A stretch of DNA of 64,000 nt from assembly GCA_044344255.1 (NCBI GenBank), contig JBIJDH010000001.1, positions 64,001 to 128,000 of the forward strand, written 5' to 3'. Shown here one piece after another: positions 29,331 to 38,450 of the stretch. The notes beneath the pieces were generated by a model. The model was given only the letters and a program-made list of their open reading frames with translations. It made no database searches and was not told where the DNA came from. Every line of letters begins with the position of its first letter. Positions within the stretch are counted from its first letter, which is position 1. This stretch comes from Myxococcota bacterium. Lineage in GTDB: Bacteria; Myxococcota_A; UBA796; UBA2385. The position numbers and the translations under genes are program-made.

Positions 29331-30398
29331 CTACTCCTGCACAGGCGGTCGCGCAGCGTCTCGCTGCTGAACCGTACAATCGGGGAACATCGACTCCCAC
29401 ATCTTCGTCGGCAATCCAGCCAGGGAGGGGGGGTTCGGAGCGCGGGCACTGCCCGCCTGGGCGGGCTCGACGAGGCCCTCCACCTTCGCGCTCATCAGGC
29501 GAAAGAGATCCCCGCCCGACGCGCAGGACCAGGGCTGTGCGCCCAGCGACCGCGGCTCGCACTGTCCGACGGCCGGCGCCGACAGCTCGACGATGGTGTC
29601 GTCTCCACCTTCCACCGAGAGCTGAGTCACCGTTCCACAACACTCCGCTCGGCCCTGTACCCCACAGACCTGAACATCACAGGAGCCCGCCTCGGTCTCG
29701 AAGAAGAACTGACCGTCCTCATCGAGCACGGACGTGCCCTCACAGGAGAGGACCTCAACTCCTTGGGCCTCCCCCGACAGGCCCACGACGGAGCCGTGAA
29801 CTCCACCCACCCGCGCCGTTGGCGAGACCGAGTCACAGACCCCAATCCCTGCCGAACCTCCACTCGAGCTCCACTTCACTCGCAAAACACCGACTCCATC
29901 GACGTCAACCTGCGCCTCAGAGGCCGACTGCGGAGCGAAGAACGCGAGCTGTCCAGCGCCGAAAGAAAGGGGGATCGGGTAGGGCGGACCTCGGCTTCCG
30001 GCGGAGGTGGCCTCCACATACAACCGCCCGACGGAGTCCGCCTGCACCTCCGGCGCGGAGCAAGTGACCAGCACCAACCCCGCCCGATGGGCCACATCGC
30101 CCAGCGACGGACGATAGAGCCCACTGCCGGCCGGCCGGAGGAGGCCCTCCACCTCCGCACTCTCTCCCGACAAATCGCCAACACGCGACTCCCCGACACG
30201 GATTCGCTCTCCCTGAGCTGCGGCCTAGGGCTGGAGAGCGCCATCAACCTCACCCGCTCCACGTGGAACCACGCCAGGAGCCCCATCGGGCCAGCTCGGT
30301 ACCCGGTACAGAGCTGTCCAACACAATAAACACAGAGCTGACAGAATCGCCAACCCCACGAGCACACCGACTCTAACCCTTTGACGCTCATCTTTCAC
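29331..30398 (-). pseudogene. Membrane-anchored beta-sandwich protein interrupted by an in-frame TAG (30225-30227)
   Basis: Track ORFs 30225..30437 and 29331..30173 share a frame and are separated by one TAG. The first carries the TM anchor; the second has a carboxypeptidase-regulatory-like GSV...D.DG.F segment. Confidence 0.45.
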
Positions 30399-30467
30399 GC
30401 CGCGCTCCGAGCGAGTCCAACCGAAAAAGGTTTGCACAATGGACCCCCTGTGAAGGTCCAGGGCGAA

Positions 30468-30869
30468 TCATATCAGGCGCGCTCCGCCCGTCAACGGCGA
30501 CCCGCAAAGGCGCGTGAGGGATGACTCGAGCGTGACTTCGTTGATACCGCCAAACGGCTCCCCGCGTGCGAAGAGCTTCAAGAGCAACATCCCCGCCATC
30601 GCGCCTGTCCAAGCCAACCCATGTCTCCCAATCATTCGAACCTGAGGGTAGTCCACGCCCTCGGTGCCGAGGACCCTCCGAACGTGGTCGAACAATCTCC
30701 CAGCGGTGGTCACGAGCACGAGCAGCCCGACGAACCCGCTCAGGCACACAAGCTCGAGGAGCTCGCGCGCGTCAATTCCGGGACCGAAGACGACCTGAGC
30801 ACCCAACGTGAGGACCGCACAGTAGATCCATCGTCTGTAAGAAATCGCCGCGCCGAGGAGCTTACCCAC
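30468..30869 (-). CDS. Hypothetical membrane protein
   Basis: About 3 hydrophobic segments; atypical codon usage. Confidence 0.45.
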   Translation of the reverse strand: MGKLLGAAISYRRWIYCAVLTLGAQVVFGPGIDARELLELVCLSGFVGLLVLVTTAGRLFDHVRRVLGTEGVDYPQVRMIGRHGLAWTGAMAGMLLLKLFARGEPFGGINEVTLESSLTRLCGSPLTGGARLI

Positions 30870-31013
30870 CTCACACCCCCAGGTGCGATTCTATCACAGC
30901 GAGCGCTCTTCAGGCGAGCACCCTCCTACGAGGATGTCTTCGTCGTGCCCGCGGAGTGATGCACGAGGCGGTTTGGGACCTGAGGCTGAGCGATGGAGAG
31001 GGTCGCTTCTGGG

Positions 31014-31703
31014 CTACCTCACCCAGTTGTGCTTCTTGATGAACCTCGTCGCATTGACCAGCGCCGAAAGAGCATGGACCGCGAAACTGTAGGTAGTCAC
31101 ACCGCCAATGCTGACGGGACAAGCGAACGTCTGGAGGTCGAGCGGGTGAATGAACGGGCACCCGATGATAACCAGCTTTTTTTCGGCACCTTCGGAAAAG
31201 CCGTGGAGATCATCGGTCCTCACAAAACCGCTCGCGATCACACGGGGCTCTACGGCGTTGAGCGCCTCACGCCAGCCGAGGTCATCGTCACAGTCATCGT
31301 CGCAGTCATCGTCACATCCTCTCCCCTCACAGGCTGCGAGGGCCGGATCTCCGCTCGGAGCCGCGGGGGCTCGGACGTCGATAGGGTGGTCCAGAGCCTC
31401 AGTGGTCAACAGCCGGACCACATCGCAGGCGTCGATCAAGCAGGCGAGCGAATTTTGCCCAACAAAGGAGCGCGGGCCCATAAATGGGGGTATTGACAGC
31501 ACGGAGACCCACCCCTCCAGAGCAGGGCGGGGATCCCATAGCTGGACCCGACATTCATGGACGACCCCCGAGAGCTGGAACTCCAGGACCAGCTCAAGGA
31601 GCGGTGTTCCAACCGGCTCCGCGAGGGGCATTCGCCGCACCAGATCCCACAGACGCCCGTCGGGGAAGGAGTAGAGCGGCCTATTTTCTTGAAGTTTGTC
31701 CAT
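31014..31703 (-). CDS. Hypothetical protein with two tandem DUF6968-like domains
   Basis: VQLWDP...W.....I......FVGQNSLACL and VIIGCP....FACPVSIGG...FAVHALSAL, joined by a (CDDD)x3 linker. Confidence 0.5.
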   Translation of the reverse strand: MDKLQENRPLYSFPDGRLWDLVRRMPLAEPVGTPLLELVLEFQLSGVVHECRVQLWDPRPALEGWVSVLSIPPFMGPRSFVGQNSLACLIDACDVVRLLTTEALDHPIDVRAPAAPSGDPALAACEGRGCDDDCDDDCDDDLGWREALNAVEPRVIASGFVRTDDLHGFSEGAEKKLVIIGCPFIHPLDLQTFACPVSIGGVTTYSFAVHALSALVNATRFIKKHNWVR

Positions 31704-31991
31704 CTGGTCAAAACCCGTTGCAGAAGTTGGTCTGACAGAAGTTGCTCCCGAGCGGAGCCGAACACGTCGCCGCCCTGCACTGCGGTCGAAGAGCCGTATC
31801 ACCTTCCGGGGTGAAGGGAATTCGTCGTGCACGGACGGGCCTCGAGGCAGCCGTCACCGGGAGCGGGGAGGCACGGGCCTCGCGGAGGAGGCGCGCCGGT
31901 CGCGGCACCCGGGTGGCGGGGCCGCGAGCAGGGGCACGCCCCGGACGCGGGCGCCGAGGACGGGGGCGCCAGAGCGGTTAGGCTGCCGGCC

Positions 31992-32504
31992 ATGTCTTCG
32001 CCCGCTCCCAACTCCCCCTCCCTCGACGCCCAGCTTGACCGGCAGCTTGACCCTCGCGTGGTCGGCCTCTGGCGGATGCAGGGCCTGCTCCGCCTCGTCT
32101 TCGCCGGGCTCCCCACCTCGCTGGCGGTCGGCTTCGGGCTCGGTCGCTTCCTGAGCGTCCCGCTCGGGGTGGGCGTCGCGGCCACGCTGCTGCTCTTCCA
32201 CCTCGGGAGGGCCACCGTCTGGCCTGCGCTCGCCTATCGGGCCTACCGCTTCAGCCTGCGCGAACACGATCTGCTGGTGCAGAGCGGGGTGCTCTATCGG
32301 CGCTGGTCGAGCGTCCCCCTGTCGCGCATCCAGCACGTGGACACGCGACAAGGGCCGGTGGAGCGTATCTTCGGCCTGTCCAACCTCCAGGTGTACACAG
32401 CGGCCGGAATGAGCGCCGACGGCAGCATCCCCGGCCTCGCGGAGGCAGAGGCCGAGCAGCTCCGCGACGAGCTCTCCCGGCGGGGCGGCGATGACGGAGT
32501 CTGA
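31992..32504 (+). CDS. Bacterial PH domain membrane protein (YdbS-like)
   Basis: VP..RIQHVD..QGP.ER.FGL..L.VYTA. Confidence 0.85.
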   Translation: MSSPAPNSPSLDAQLDRQLDPRVVGLWRMQGLLRLVFAGLPTSLAVGFGLGRFLSVPLGVGVAATLLLFHLGRATVWPALAYRAYRFSLREHDLLVQSGVLYRRWSSVPLSRIQHVDTRQGPVERIFGLSNLQVYTAAGMSADGSIPGLAEAEAEQLRDELSRRGGDDGV

Positions 32505-33936
32505 CGGTCCGCACGACGAGACGCCCTGGCGGAGCCTCCACCCCGCCAGCCTCTTCGTCAACCTCATCCCCCAGGCCTGGCGCACGGTTCGCGGCGCCTG
32601 GCCCTTCCTGCTGGCGATCGCGGTCGGCGGGGCCCGAGATCCGAGCGCGCTCTTCAACCTCAGCCTGATCGGCTTCTTCTTCCTGGCGGCCCTGGCCCGC
32701 TCGGCGGTCCACGTCGCCACGCTGCGCTACCGCGTGGTGGAGGGGAAGCTCGAGCTCCGGGCGGGGCTGCTCAACCGCCGCGCCCAGGTCATCGACGCCG
32801 TCCGCATCCAGAACGTGAGCATCGAGCGGAACATCTTCCATCGGATGAGCGGCCTCGTCGAGCTCAAGGTCGACACCGCCGGGGGAGGCGGCACCGAGGG
32901 CCTCCTCTCGGCCCTCTCGGTCGGCGAGGCCCAGGGGCTCAAGGCCGAGCTGCAGGCGGCCCATGACCGCAAGGCCCCGGAGGAGCCCAACGCCGCCGCC
33001 GTCCCCACCGACGTGCTGACCGAGATGGGCCTGCTCGAGTGCCTGGCCTATGGCTTCACCAACCGGAGCGTGGGCGCCGTGGCGCTCCTCACCGCGGTGA
33101 TGCTGGAGGGGATGGCGCGGATGGGCCCGAGCGGCGGCTCCGAGCTCGCCGCCGCCACCCGACAGCCCCGCGCCATTCTGGCGGCCGTGCTCATCGCGTT
33201 TGCGGCCTCCTGGCTGCTCTCGGCGGGCAACGCCCTCCTCCGCCACCACCGCTGCCGCCTGTCGCTCGAGAAGGAGCGCCTCGTCGTGGAGGAGGGACTG
33301 TTCACGCGGCGGCGGGTCGAGATCCCTATCGGGAAGGTGCAGGTCGTGCTGGTAGACGAGACCTTCCTGCGCAGACGGATGGGCTATGGCACCCTGCAGA
33401 TAGAGACCGCGGCCCTCGGCGTGATGGAGGGGCCGGCGCGACAGGCGGAGGGTCGGGTGCCGATGGTGCCGCTCGAGCTCCTGTCCACCTGCCTCTCTAC
33501 CGCCATCCCCACGCTGCCCTTTGACCCTTGGGAGGCGCCGCTCCTGCCGGCGCACCGCCGGGCCTTTCACCGCGCCACGCTGCAACGCACCCTCAACATC
33601 CTGCTGCTCAGCCTCGTGGCCGCCGCCTTCGTGGGCGGATGGGGGGCGCTCGGGCTCACCCTGCTCCCCACGGCCCCCCTGCTCGCCTGGCTCGACTGGC
33701 GCTCGCAGGGCTGGCTGATCACGCCGGAGGTGCTGGTGATCCGCCGCGGCTGGCTCTCCCGCACCACCTGTGTCATCGACCGGAACAAGCTCCAGAGCGT
33801 GCACCTGAGCCAGTCCCCCCTCCTCCGCCTGAACGGGCTCGGGCGGGTGGTGGTGCGGGTCGCCGGCACGGAGCTCGCCCTGCCCGACCTCTCCTTCGAG
33901 GAGGCCCAGGTGAGGCTGCAGTCGCTGCGGGACTGA
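32491..33936 (+). CDS. Multi-bPH_2 membrane protein (YdbT-like)
   Basis: WRSLHP, RIQNV.I, KVQ.V, KLQSV; three PH units. Confidence 0.85.
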   Translation: MTESDGPHDETPWRSLHPASLFVNLIPQAWRTVRGAWPFLLAIAVGGARDPSALFNLSLIGFFFLAALARSAVHVATLRYRVVEGKLELRAGLLNRRAQVIDAVRIQNVSIERNIFHRMSGLVELKVDTAGGGGTEGLLSALSVGEAQGLKAELQAAHDRKAPEEPNAAAVPTDVLTEMGLLECLAYGFTNRSVGAVALLTAVMLEGMARMGPSGGSELAAATRQPRAILAAVLIAFAASWLLSAGNALLRHHRCRLSLEKERLVVEEGLFTRRRVEIPIGKVQVVLVDETFLRRRMGYGTLQIETAALGVMEGPARQAEGRVPMVPLELLSTCLSTAIPTLPFDPWEAPLLPAHRRAFHRATLQRTLNILLLSLVAAAFVGGWGALGLTLLPTAPLLAWLDWRSQGWLITPEVLVIRRGWLSRTTCVIDRNKLQSVHLSQSPLLRLNGLGRVVVRVAGTELALPDLSFEEAQVRLQSLRD

Positions 33937-33951
33937 GCGGGGCTCGGCTCT

Positions 33952-35193
33952 TCAGCCGAGGATGAGCTTGACCGCGATGATCGAGCCGATGACCCCCATG
34001 ATGTCAGCGGAGAGGCCCGAGACCACGGCGTGCCGGCTGCGGATGATGCCGATGCTGCCAAAATAGACGGCGAGCACGTAGAAGGTGGTCTCCGAGGAGC
34101 CGTTGAGCGTGCTCGCGAGCTGCCCGATGTAGGAGTCGGGGCCGTGCGACTTGATGAGCTCCGTGGTGAGGCCAAAGGCGCCCGAGCCCGAGAGCGGTCG
34201 GAGGAAGGCCAGCGGCAGCACCTCACCGGGCATGCCCAGCGGCTCGGTGTAGGGGCCGAGCGTGCCCGTGAGGGCGCCGAGGCCCCCGGAAGCACGGAGC
34301 ATCCCCACCGCGACGAGGATGGCGACGAGGTAGGGCATGATCGAGGTGGCCATGGTGAAGCCCTCCTTTGCCCCCTTGATGAAGACCTCGTAGACCTTCA
34401 CCCCGCGAATAACGCCGATGAGCAGCATGCCCATGATTAGGCCCGGCAGGATCCAGGCGCTGGCGGCCTCCTTGTACACATAGGTCAGGGTGACGAGGCC
34501 GATGAGAGCGGCGAGGAAGGCCACCAACCCCACCACCGCGACGGGATCGCTCTCCCGCCGGCCCGCCGCCTCTCGGGCGACGGCGGCGTCGGACTCGGTC
34601 TGGGCGGCGCTCAGCGGGAAGAGCCGGGTGCGGCTGATGAACTTGGTGAAGACCACGGCGAGCACAGTGTTTATCGCCGTGGCGAGGAGGGTCGTGGGGA
34701 AGATCGCCGCCGGATCCGCCGAGCCCTCCGCCGCTCGAATGCCGATGATGCCCGTCGGCAGGACGGCCACGCCGCTCGTGTTGATCGCGAGGAAGAGCAC
34801 CATGGCGTTCGTGGCCGTTCCCTTCTCCTTGTTCAAGGTCTCCAGCTCCGACATCGCCTTGAGGCCGAAGGGGGTGGCGGCGTTGCCGAGCCCGAGCACA
34901 TTCGCGGCGAGGTTCATGATCATCGCGCCCATCGCGGGGTGGTCCGGTGGGACGTCGGGGAACAGGCGCACCATGACCGGCCGGATGATTCGGGCCATGA
35001 AGGTGAGACCCCCGGCCTCTTCAACCACCTTCATCAAGCCGAGGAAGAGCGAGATGTAGCCCACCAGGCCGAGCGCGAGCTCGATGGCGGCCTTGGCGCT
35101 GTCCATCGCCGCCTTGCCGGTCTCGGCGGGGGTGCCGTTCCACACGGTGAAGGCAAAGGCGACGGCGATGATGCCGAAGAAGATCTTGTTCAT
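33952..35193 (-). CDS. SpmA-SpmB fusion (nucleoside recognition domain protein)
   Basis: LFPDVP.DHPA, ANVLGLGNAATPFGL, RPLSGSG, GSSETTFYVLAVYFG. Confidence 0.9.
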   Translation of the reverse strand: MNKIFFGIIAVAFAFTVWNGTPAETGKAAMDSAKAAIELALGLVGYISLFLGLMKVVEEAGGLTFMARIIRPVMVRLFPDVPPDHPAMGAMIMNLAANVLGLGNAATPFGLKAMSELETLNKEKGTATNAMVLFLAINTSGVAVLPTGIIGIRAAEGSADPAAIFPTTLLATAINTVLAVVFTKFISRTRLFPLSAAQTESDAAVAREAAGRRESDPVAVVGLVAFLAALIGLVTLTYVYKEAASAWILPGLIMGMLLIGVIRGVKVYEVFIKGAKEGFTMATSIMPYLVAILVAVGMLRASGGLGALTGTLGPYTEPLGMPGEVLPLAFLRPLSGSGAFGLTTELIKSHGPDSYIGQLASTLNGSSETTFYVLAVYFGSIGIIRSRHAVVSGLSADIMGVIGSIIAVKLILG

Positions 35194-35211
35194 CGATGCA
35201 CCCGGGGAGGG

Positions 35212-36123
35212 TCAGCCTTCGGGGAGGGTGAAGGCGAGGAGGGTGAGGAGGGCGCGGCCGAGGGCGGTCGGGTCCTGCGCCGCGAGGGGGAGAGCGCCGA
35301 GGTCGTGCACCGAGATCGAGCGACGGCCGGTGGGCGGGAGCGGGGGATCGACGAAGCGCTGGTCGGCCACGGCGATGGGGTCGACGGGCTGGCCGGGGGA
35401 GAGGTCGACCGCCGAGAGGTAGAGCGTCAGCCGCTGGAGCTCGGTGTCGAGGCGCTCGTGGGTGAAGAGGGCGCGGAAGGCCTCCCGATCGGCCGAGACG
35501 GGGCTCCCCAGCGCGACGAAGGCGAGCAGGCGGTCGCGGAGGGGGGCGTCTTCGGCCAGGGCGGCGAGGAGCGCCGACCCCGCGGCGCCGCGCACGATGA
35601 GCACGAGGCGGTCGGAGGGAGCCCCCCAGGCGGCCTCCAGGCGGTCCCCAAGCCCCTCCTCACCCGACAGGGCGGAGAGGTCGTGGGATCGCAGCCCCCC
35701 GCTCCCCAGGGCCAGGGAGAGGTCGGGCCAGCCCTCGACGGCGAACACCACGTGCCCGAGGCGTCGGCGGAGGCCCTCCTGCACCGCCGGCGTCCAGCGG
35801 GCGATGGCCTCCCAGTCAACGGTGGGGCCGAGGCGGCCCCGCGGATCATAGTCAGCGCCGAGCCCCGCGGGATCCTCCTCGAGCTCCGCCGTGGCCAAGC
35901 CGCCGAGGAGGCTCGGGAGGCGCGCCTCGAGCTCCGTCGTCCACCGAAGCTTGGCGGCGTCCACCGGGAGCCCTTCGGCCTCGATCGCGCCGCGGGTCAG
36001 GGTGGCGAGGACGAGCTTGAAGAGGCGCTCGGTGTCGAGCGAGGGGGGCTCGGGGAGCGTCCGTACGGCGGCCCAGACGGCCAGCCCCACGACGACCAGC
36101 TCGACCAGCCCCTCGGCCGTCAT
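35212..36123 (-). CDS. Hypothetical protein
   Basis: ATGA-coupled to the upstream gene; coding bias. Confidence 0.65.
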   Translation of the reverse strand: MTAEGLVELVVVGLAVWAAVRTLPEPPSLDTERLFKLVLATLTRGAIEAEGLPVDAAKLRWTTELEARLPSLLGGLATAELEEDPAGLGADYDPRGRLGPTVDWEAIARWTPAVQEGLRRRLGHVVFAVEGWPDLSLALGSGGLRSHDLSALSGEEGLGDRLEAAWGAPSDRLVLIVRGAAGSALLAALAEDAPLRDRLLAFVALGSPVSADREAFRALFTHERLDTELQRLTLYLSAVDLSPGQPVDPIAVADQRFVDPPLPPTGRRSISVHDLGALPLAAQDPTALGRALLTLLAFTLPEG

Positions 36124-37661
36124 CGGGCGCCTCCGCGGGGCAGGGCCAGCCTCAAGGGGGGCGCCGCCTCGGTGGAGTAGGCCGGGAGGGCGACACCGTC
36201 AGCCTTGGCCTTACGAACGATGAAGTAGAGCGCGGTGTAGAGCGCGAGCCACTCCCAGAAGGGCTTCTCATTCAAGGTGAACTCGAGGAAGGACCAAGCG
36301 AAGTAGCCGAGCATCGCCGCCGGCATCGTCCACGCGTAGACGCCGGCCACCGTGCCCTTCGTGAGCGCCACCACCTCCCGCACCATCCGCACCACCGCCA
36401 CGAAGAGCCACGCGCAGAGCCCGAGCCCGACCACGCCGTAGTGGGCGATGACCTCCCAGAAGATGCCGTGGGGGTAATCGTAGAGGGAGTCGGAGACATA
36501 GTAGTTGTAGGAGGGCAGCAGGAGCTCGTAGCCCCCCGCGCCGATGCCGAGGCCCTTGGTGTCGAGGAACATCTGCACGCAGACCAGCCAATTCAGCTCT
36601 CGGTAGTTTCCGCTCAACCCGAGGTTGCTGGCGATGCGCATCAAGGCCTTGGCGCTGTCCCCGAGGTTGAAGGAGATGCCCACCACGAAGATGACGGCGG
36701 TGATGGCGCCGAAGCGGAGGAACCACCGCCGAAAGAGCGGGTGCATCCCCGCGGCGAGCAGGCCGCCGATGAGCGTGGCGGCGGCGCCGCCCCGCGAGCC
36801 GGAGAGCAGCATCATGAAGAAGATGAAGCAGCCCGCCAGCACGAGCAGCCAACGCCGCCAGCGCACCTTGTCGACGAGCGCCATCCCGAAGCAGGTGTGG
36901 ATGATGAACATCAGGTTCATCGCGAACCAGTTCGGCTGTTGGCCGAGCCCCGTCTCCCGCCCGCCGCCCGAGGCCGCCTTGAACGTGACCGTCGTGACCT
37001 GGATGCCGAGCACATCCACCGCGATCGTGAGGAGGCCGATCACCACACACGCGCCCACCCAGAACCACAACATCCGCTGGAAGTCGGCCCAGGTCTTCAC
37101 GTAGGCCAGGATGACGATCGTGTTCGCCAGCACCATCAGCATCGGGAGGATGTCGCCGATGGCGTCCTTCTTGTCGACACACCAGGCGAGCGACAGCACG
37201 ATCCAGCCCGCCAGCGCCAACCACGGCGCCTGCCACGGCCAGCGCTGCCAGAGCGCGGTGCGCCGCGAGAGCGCGTGGGCGAGCAGCGCGAAGAGGCAGA
37301 GCAGCAACGCGGGCTCGAAGGGGCCGATGCCGACGGTGCCGATCCGCAAGAAGACGATCGCCCCCGTAGAGAGCAGCCGGGCGCCGATCAGCACGCCGAC
37401 CCCGATCAGGGGCCGCTCGAGGACGAAGAGCAGCACCCCGACGCCCAGCACGAGGGCGAAGCAGATGCGCGGGTCGATCACAAAGAAGCCAGCGACCACC
37501 ACCTGCGCGAGCCCGACGATCAGCAGCCCGGCGGGCCCCCCCAAGGGCGCGCTCCAGCGTTCCACGCGTTCCCTGACCGAGTCGAGCAAGCCGAATCCAG
37601 CGCCGCGAGGCAGATCCACACCGATCGCTGGCAGGTACCGCCCTCGGGGTGCACATGTCAA
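36120..37661 (-). CDS. O-antigen ligase / Wzy_C-family polytopic membrane protein; start uncertain
   Basis: About 12 TM; R..G...QPN, SGSRGG, GIGAG.Y, PH......HYG.VG. Confidence 0.85.
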   Translation of the reverse strand: MTCAPRGRYLPAIGVDLPRGAGFGLLDSVRERVERWSAPLGGPAGLLIVGLAQVVVAGFFVIDPRICFALVLGVGVLLFVLERPLIGVGVLIGARLLSTGAIVFLRIGTVGIGPFEPALLLCLFALLAHALSRRTALWQRWPWQAPWLALAGWIVLSLAWCVDKKDAIGDILPMLMVLANTIVILAYVKTWADFQRMLWFWVGACVVIGLLTIAVDVLGIQVTTVTFKAASGGGRETGLGQQPNWFAMNLMFIIHTCFGMALVDKVRWRRWLLVLAGCFIFFMMLLSGSRGGAAATLIGGLLAAGMHPLFRRWFLRFGAITAVIFVVGISFNLGDSAKALMRIASNLGLSGNYRELNWLVCVQMFLDTKGLGIGAGGYELLLPSYNYYVSDSLYDYPHGIFWEVIAHYGVVGLGLCAWLFVAVVRMVREVVALTKGTVAGVYAWTMPAAMLGYFAWSFLEFTLNEKPFWEWLALYTALYFIVRKAKADGVALPAYSTEAAPPLRLALPRGGAR

Positions 37662-37709
37662 CCGTCCGTGAGCACCGCGGAGATCGACCCGAGAATGTGG
37701 TCGCCCTTC

Positions 37710-37738
37710 TTGACAGGGGGGCCGTCATTGGTGAGACT
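37710..37738 (+). promoter_or_regulatory. Sigma70-like promoter for the small lipoprotein
   Basis: TTGACA-N17-GAGACT. Confidence 0.5.
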
Positions 37739-37743
37739 GCATT

Positions 37744-37844
37744 CAGCCCCGCGAGGGGCTGCTCCGGGTCCACACTCCGGAGCACGAGTCGTGGCAGAGC
37801 AGTCCGCCACGATTTGATCGAACCCCCCGATTGAGGAGACGCCT
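37744..37844 (+). promoter_or_regulatory. Structured 5' leader (3-4 consecutive hairpins)
   Basis: CAGCCCC-GCGA-GGGGCTG; CTCCGG-N9-CCGGAG; TCGTGGC-N10-GCCACGA; a weak fourth stem next to RBS GAGGAG. Confidence 0.55.
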
Positions 37845-37946
37845 ATGACCGCTCGCATCCTTCTTCTTCTCGCCGCCGTGATGTCCCTCTCCCTCGCCGC
37901 TTGCGGCGACAAGGATGACGACACCGCCGCCGAGATGTCCAACTGA
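37845..37946 (+). CDS. 33-aa small lipoprotein (below the ORF-track cut-off)
   Basis: RBS GAGGAG; MTARILLLLAAVMSLSLAAC-GDKDDDTAAEMSN; lipobox LAAC. Confidence 0.8.
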   Translation: MTARILLLLAAVMSLSLAACGDKDDDTAAEMSN

Positions 37947-37968
37947 AGAAGTCCTCCTCGTGAGGACC

Positions 37969-38001
37969 GGCGCCCCCGTCTTGACGGGGGCGTCGTCTTT
38001 T
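37969..38001 (+). terminator. Intrinsic terminator
   Basis: GGCGCCCCCGTC-TT-GACGGGGGCGTC hairpin followed by GTCTTTT. Confidence 0.7.
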
Positions 38002-38040
38002 GGGGGTCCTCCTCCCTACGTTTCTCCCTACGCTTCTCCC

Positions 38041-38262
38041 TCAGCGTCGGCGGCGCGACGAGGGGTTCACGGGGACCGGAACGGGGACGGGGATCGGCGC
38101 CGGGCCGGGGAGCAGCTCGTCCATCCACTCGTCGAAGCGCTCGGCGACCTCACGCAGCCGGTCGTTCAAGCTGCGGCCTGCGGGACGCGCCCGATCGCGG
38201 CCAGGATCGCCAGGCGACCCTCCCTTCGTGCTGTCCCTGCTGTTGTTGTCGCCATGGGGCAA
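38041..38262 (-). CDS. Small protein (73 aa) with P-I/V-P tail
   Basis: AGGAGG-N6-TTG start, TATACT -10 upstream; LNDRLREVAERFDEWMDELLPGPAPIPVPVPVPVNPSSRRRR. Confidence 0.6.
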   Translation of the reverse strand: MPHGDNNSRDSTKGGSPGDPGRDRARPAGRSLNDRLREVAERFDEWMDELLPGPAPIPVPVPVPVNPSSRRRR

Positions 38263-38450
38263 GGCGGACCTCCTGGTCGGAGTGCTAGTATAGACACGGA
38301 AACCTGTAGCGCCATCCTCCGAGTCCTCCCAGAAAAAATCCGGCTGGCCCCATCCGCAACCGCCCGCTCCCCCTGGCCCTGCTCCTCTCCCTGGCGATCT
38401 GGTTCGCCCTCGCCGCGACCTCCTCGCGCGCGGTCGGCCTCGTCGGGGAG

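Noticed and set aside
37744..37844. tRNA or known riboswitch
   Set aside because: No cloverleaf, T-loop or recognisable aptamer consensus; kept only as a structured leader.
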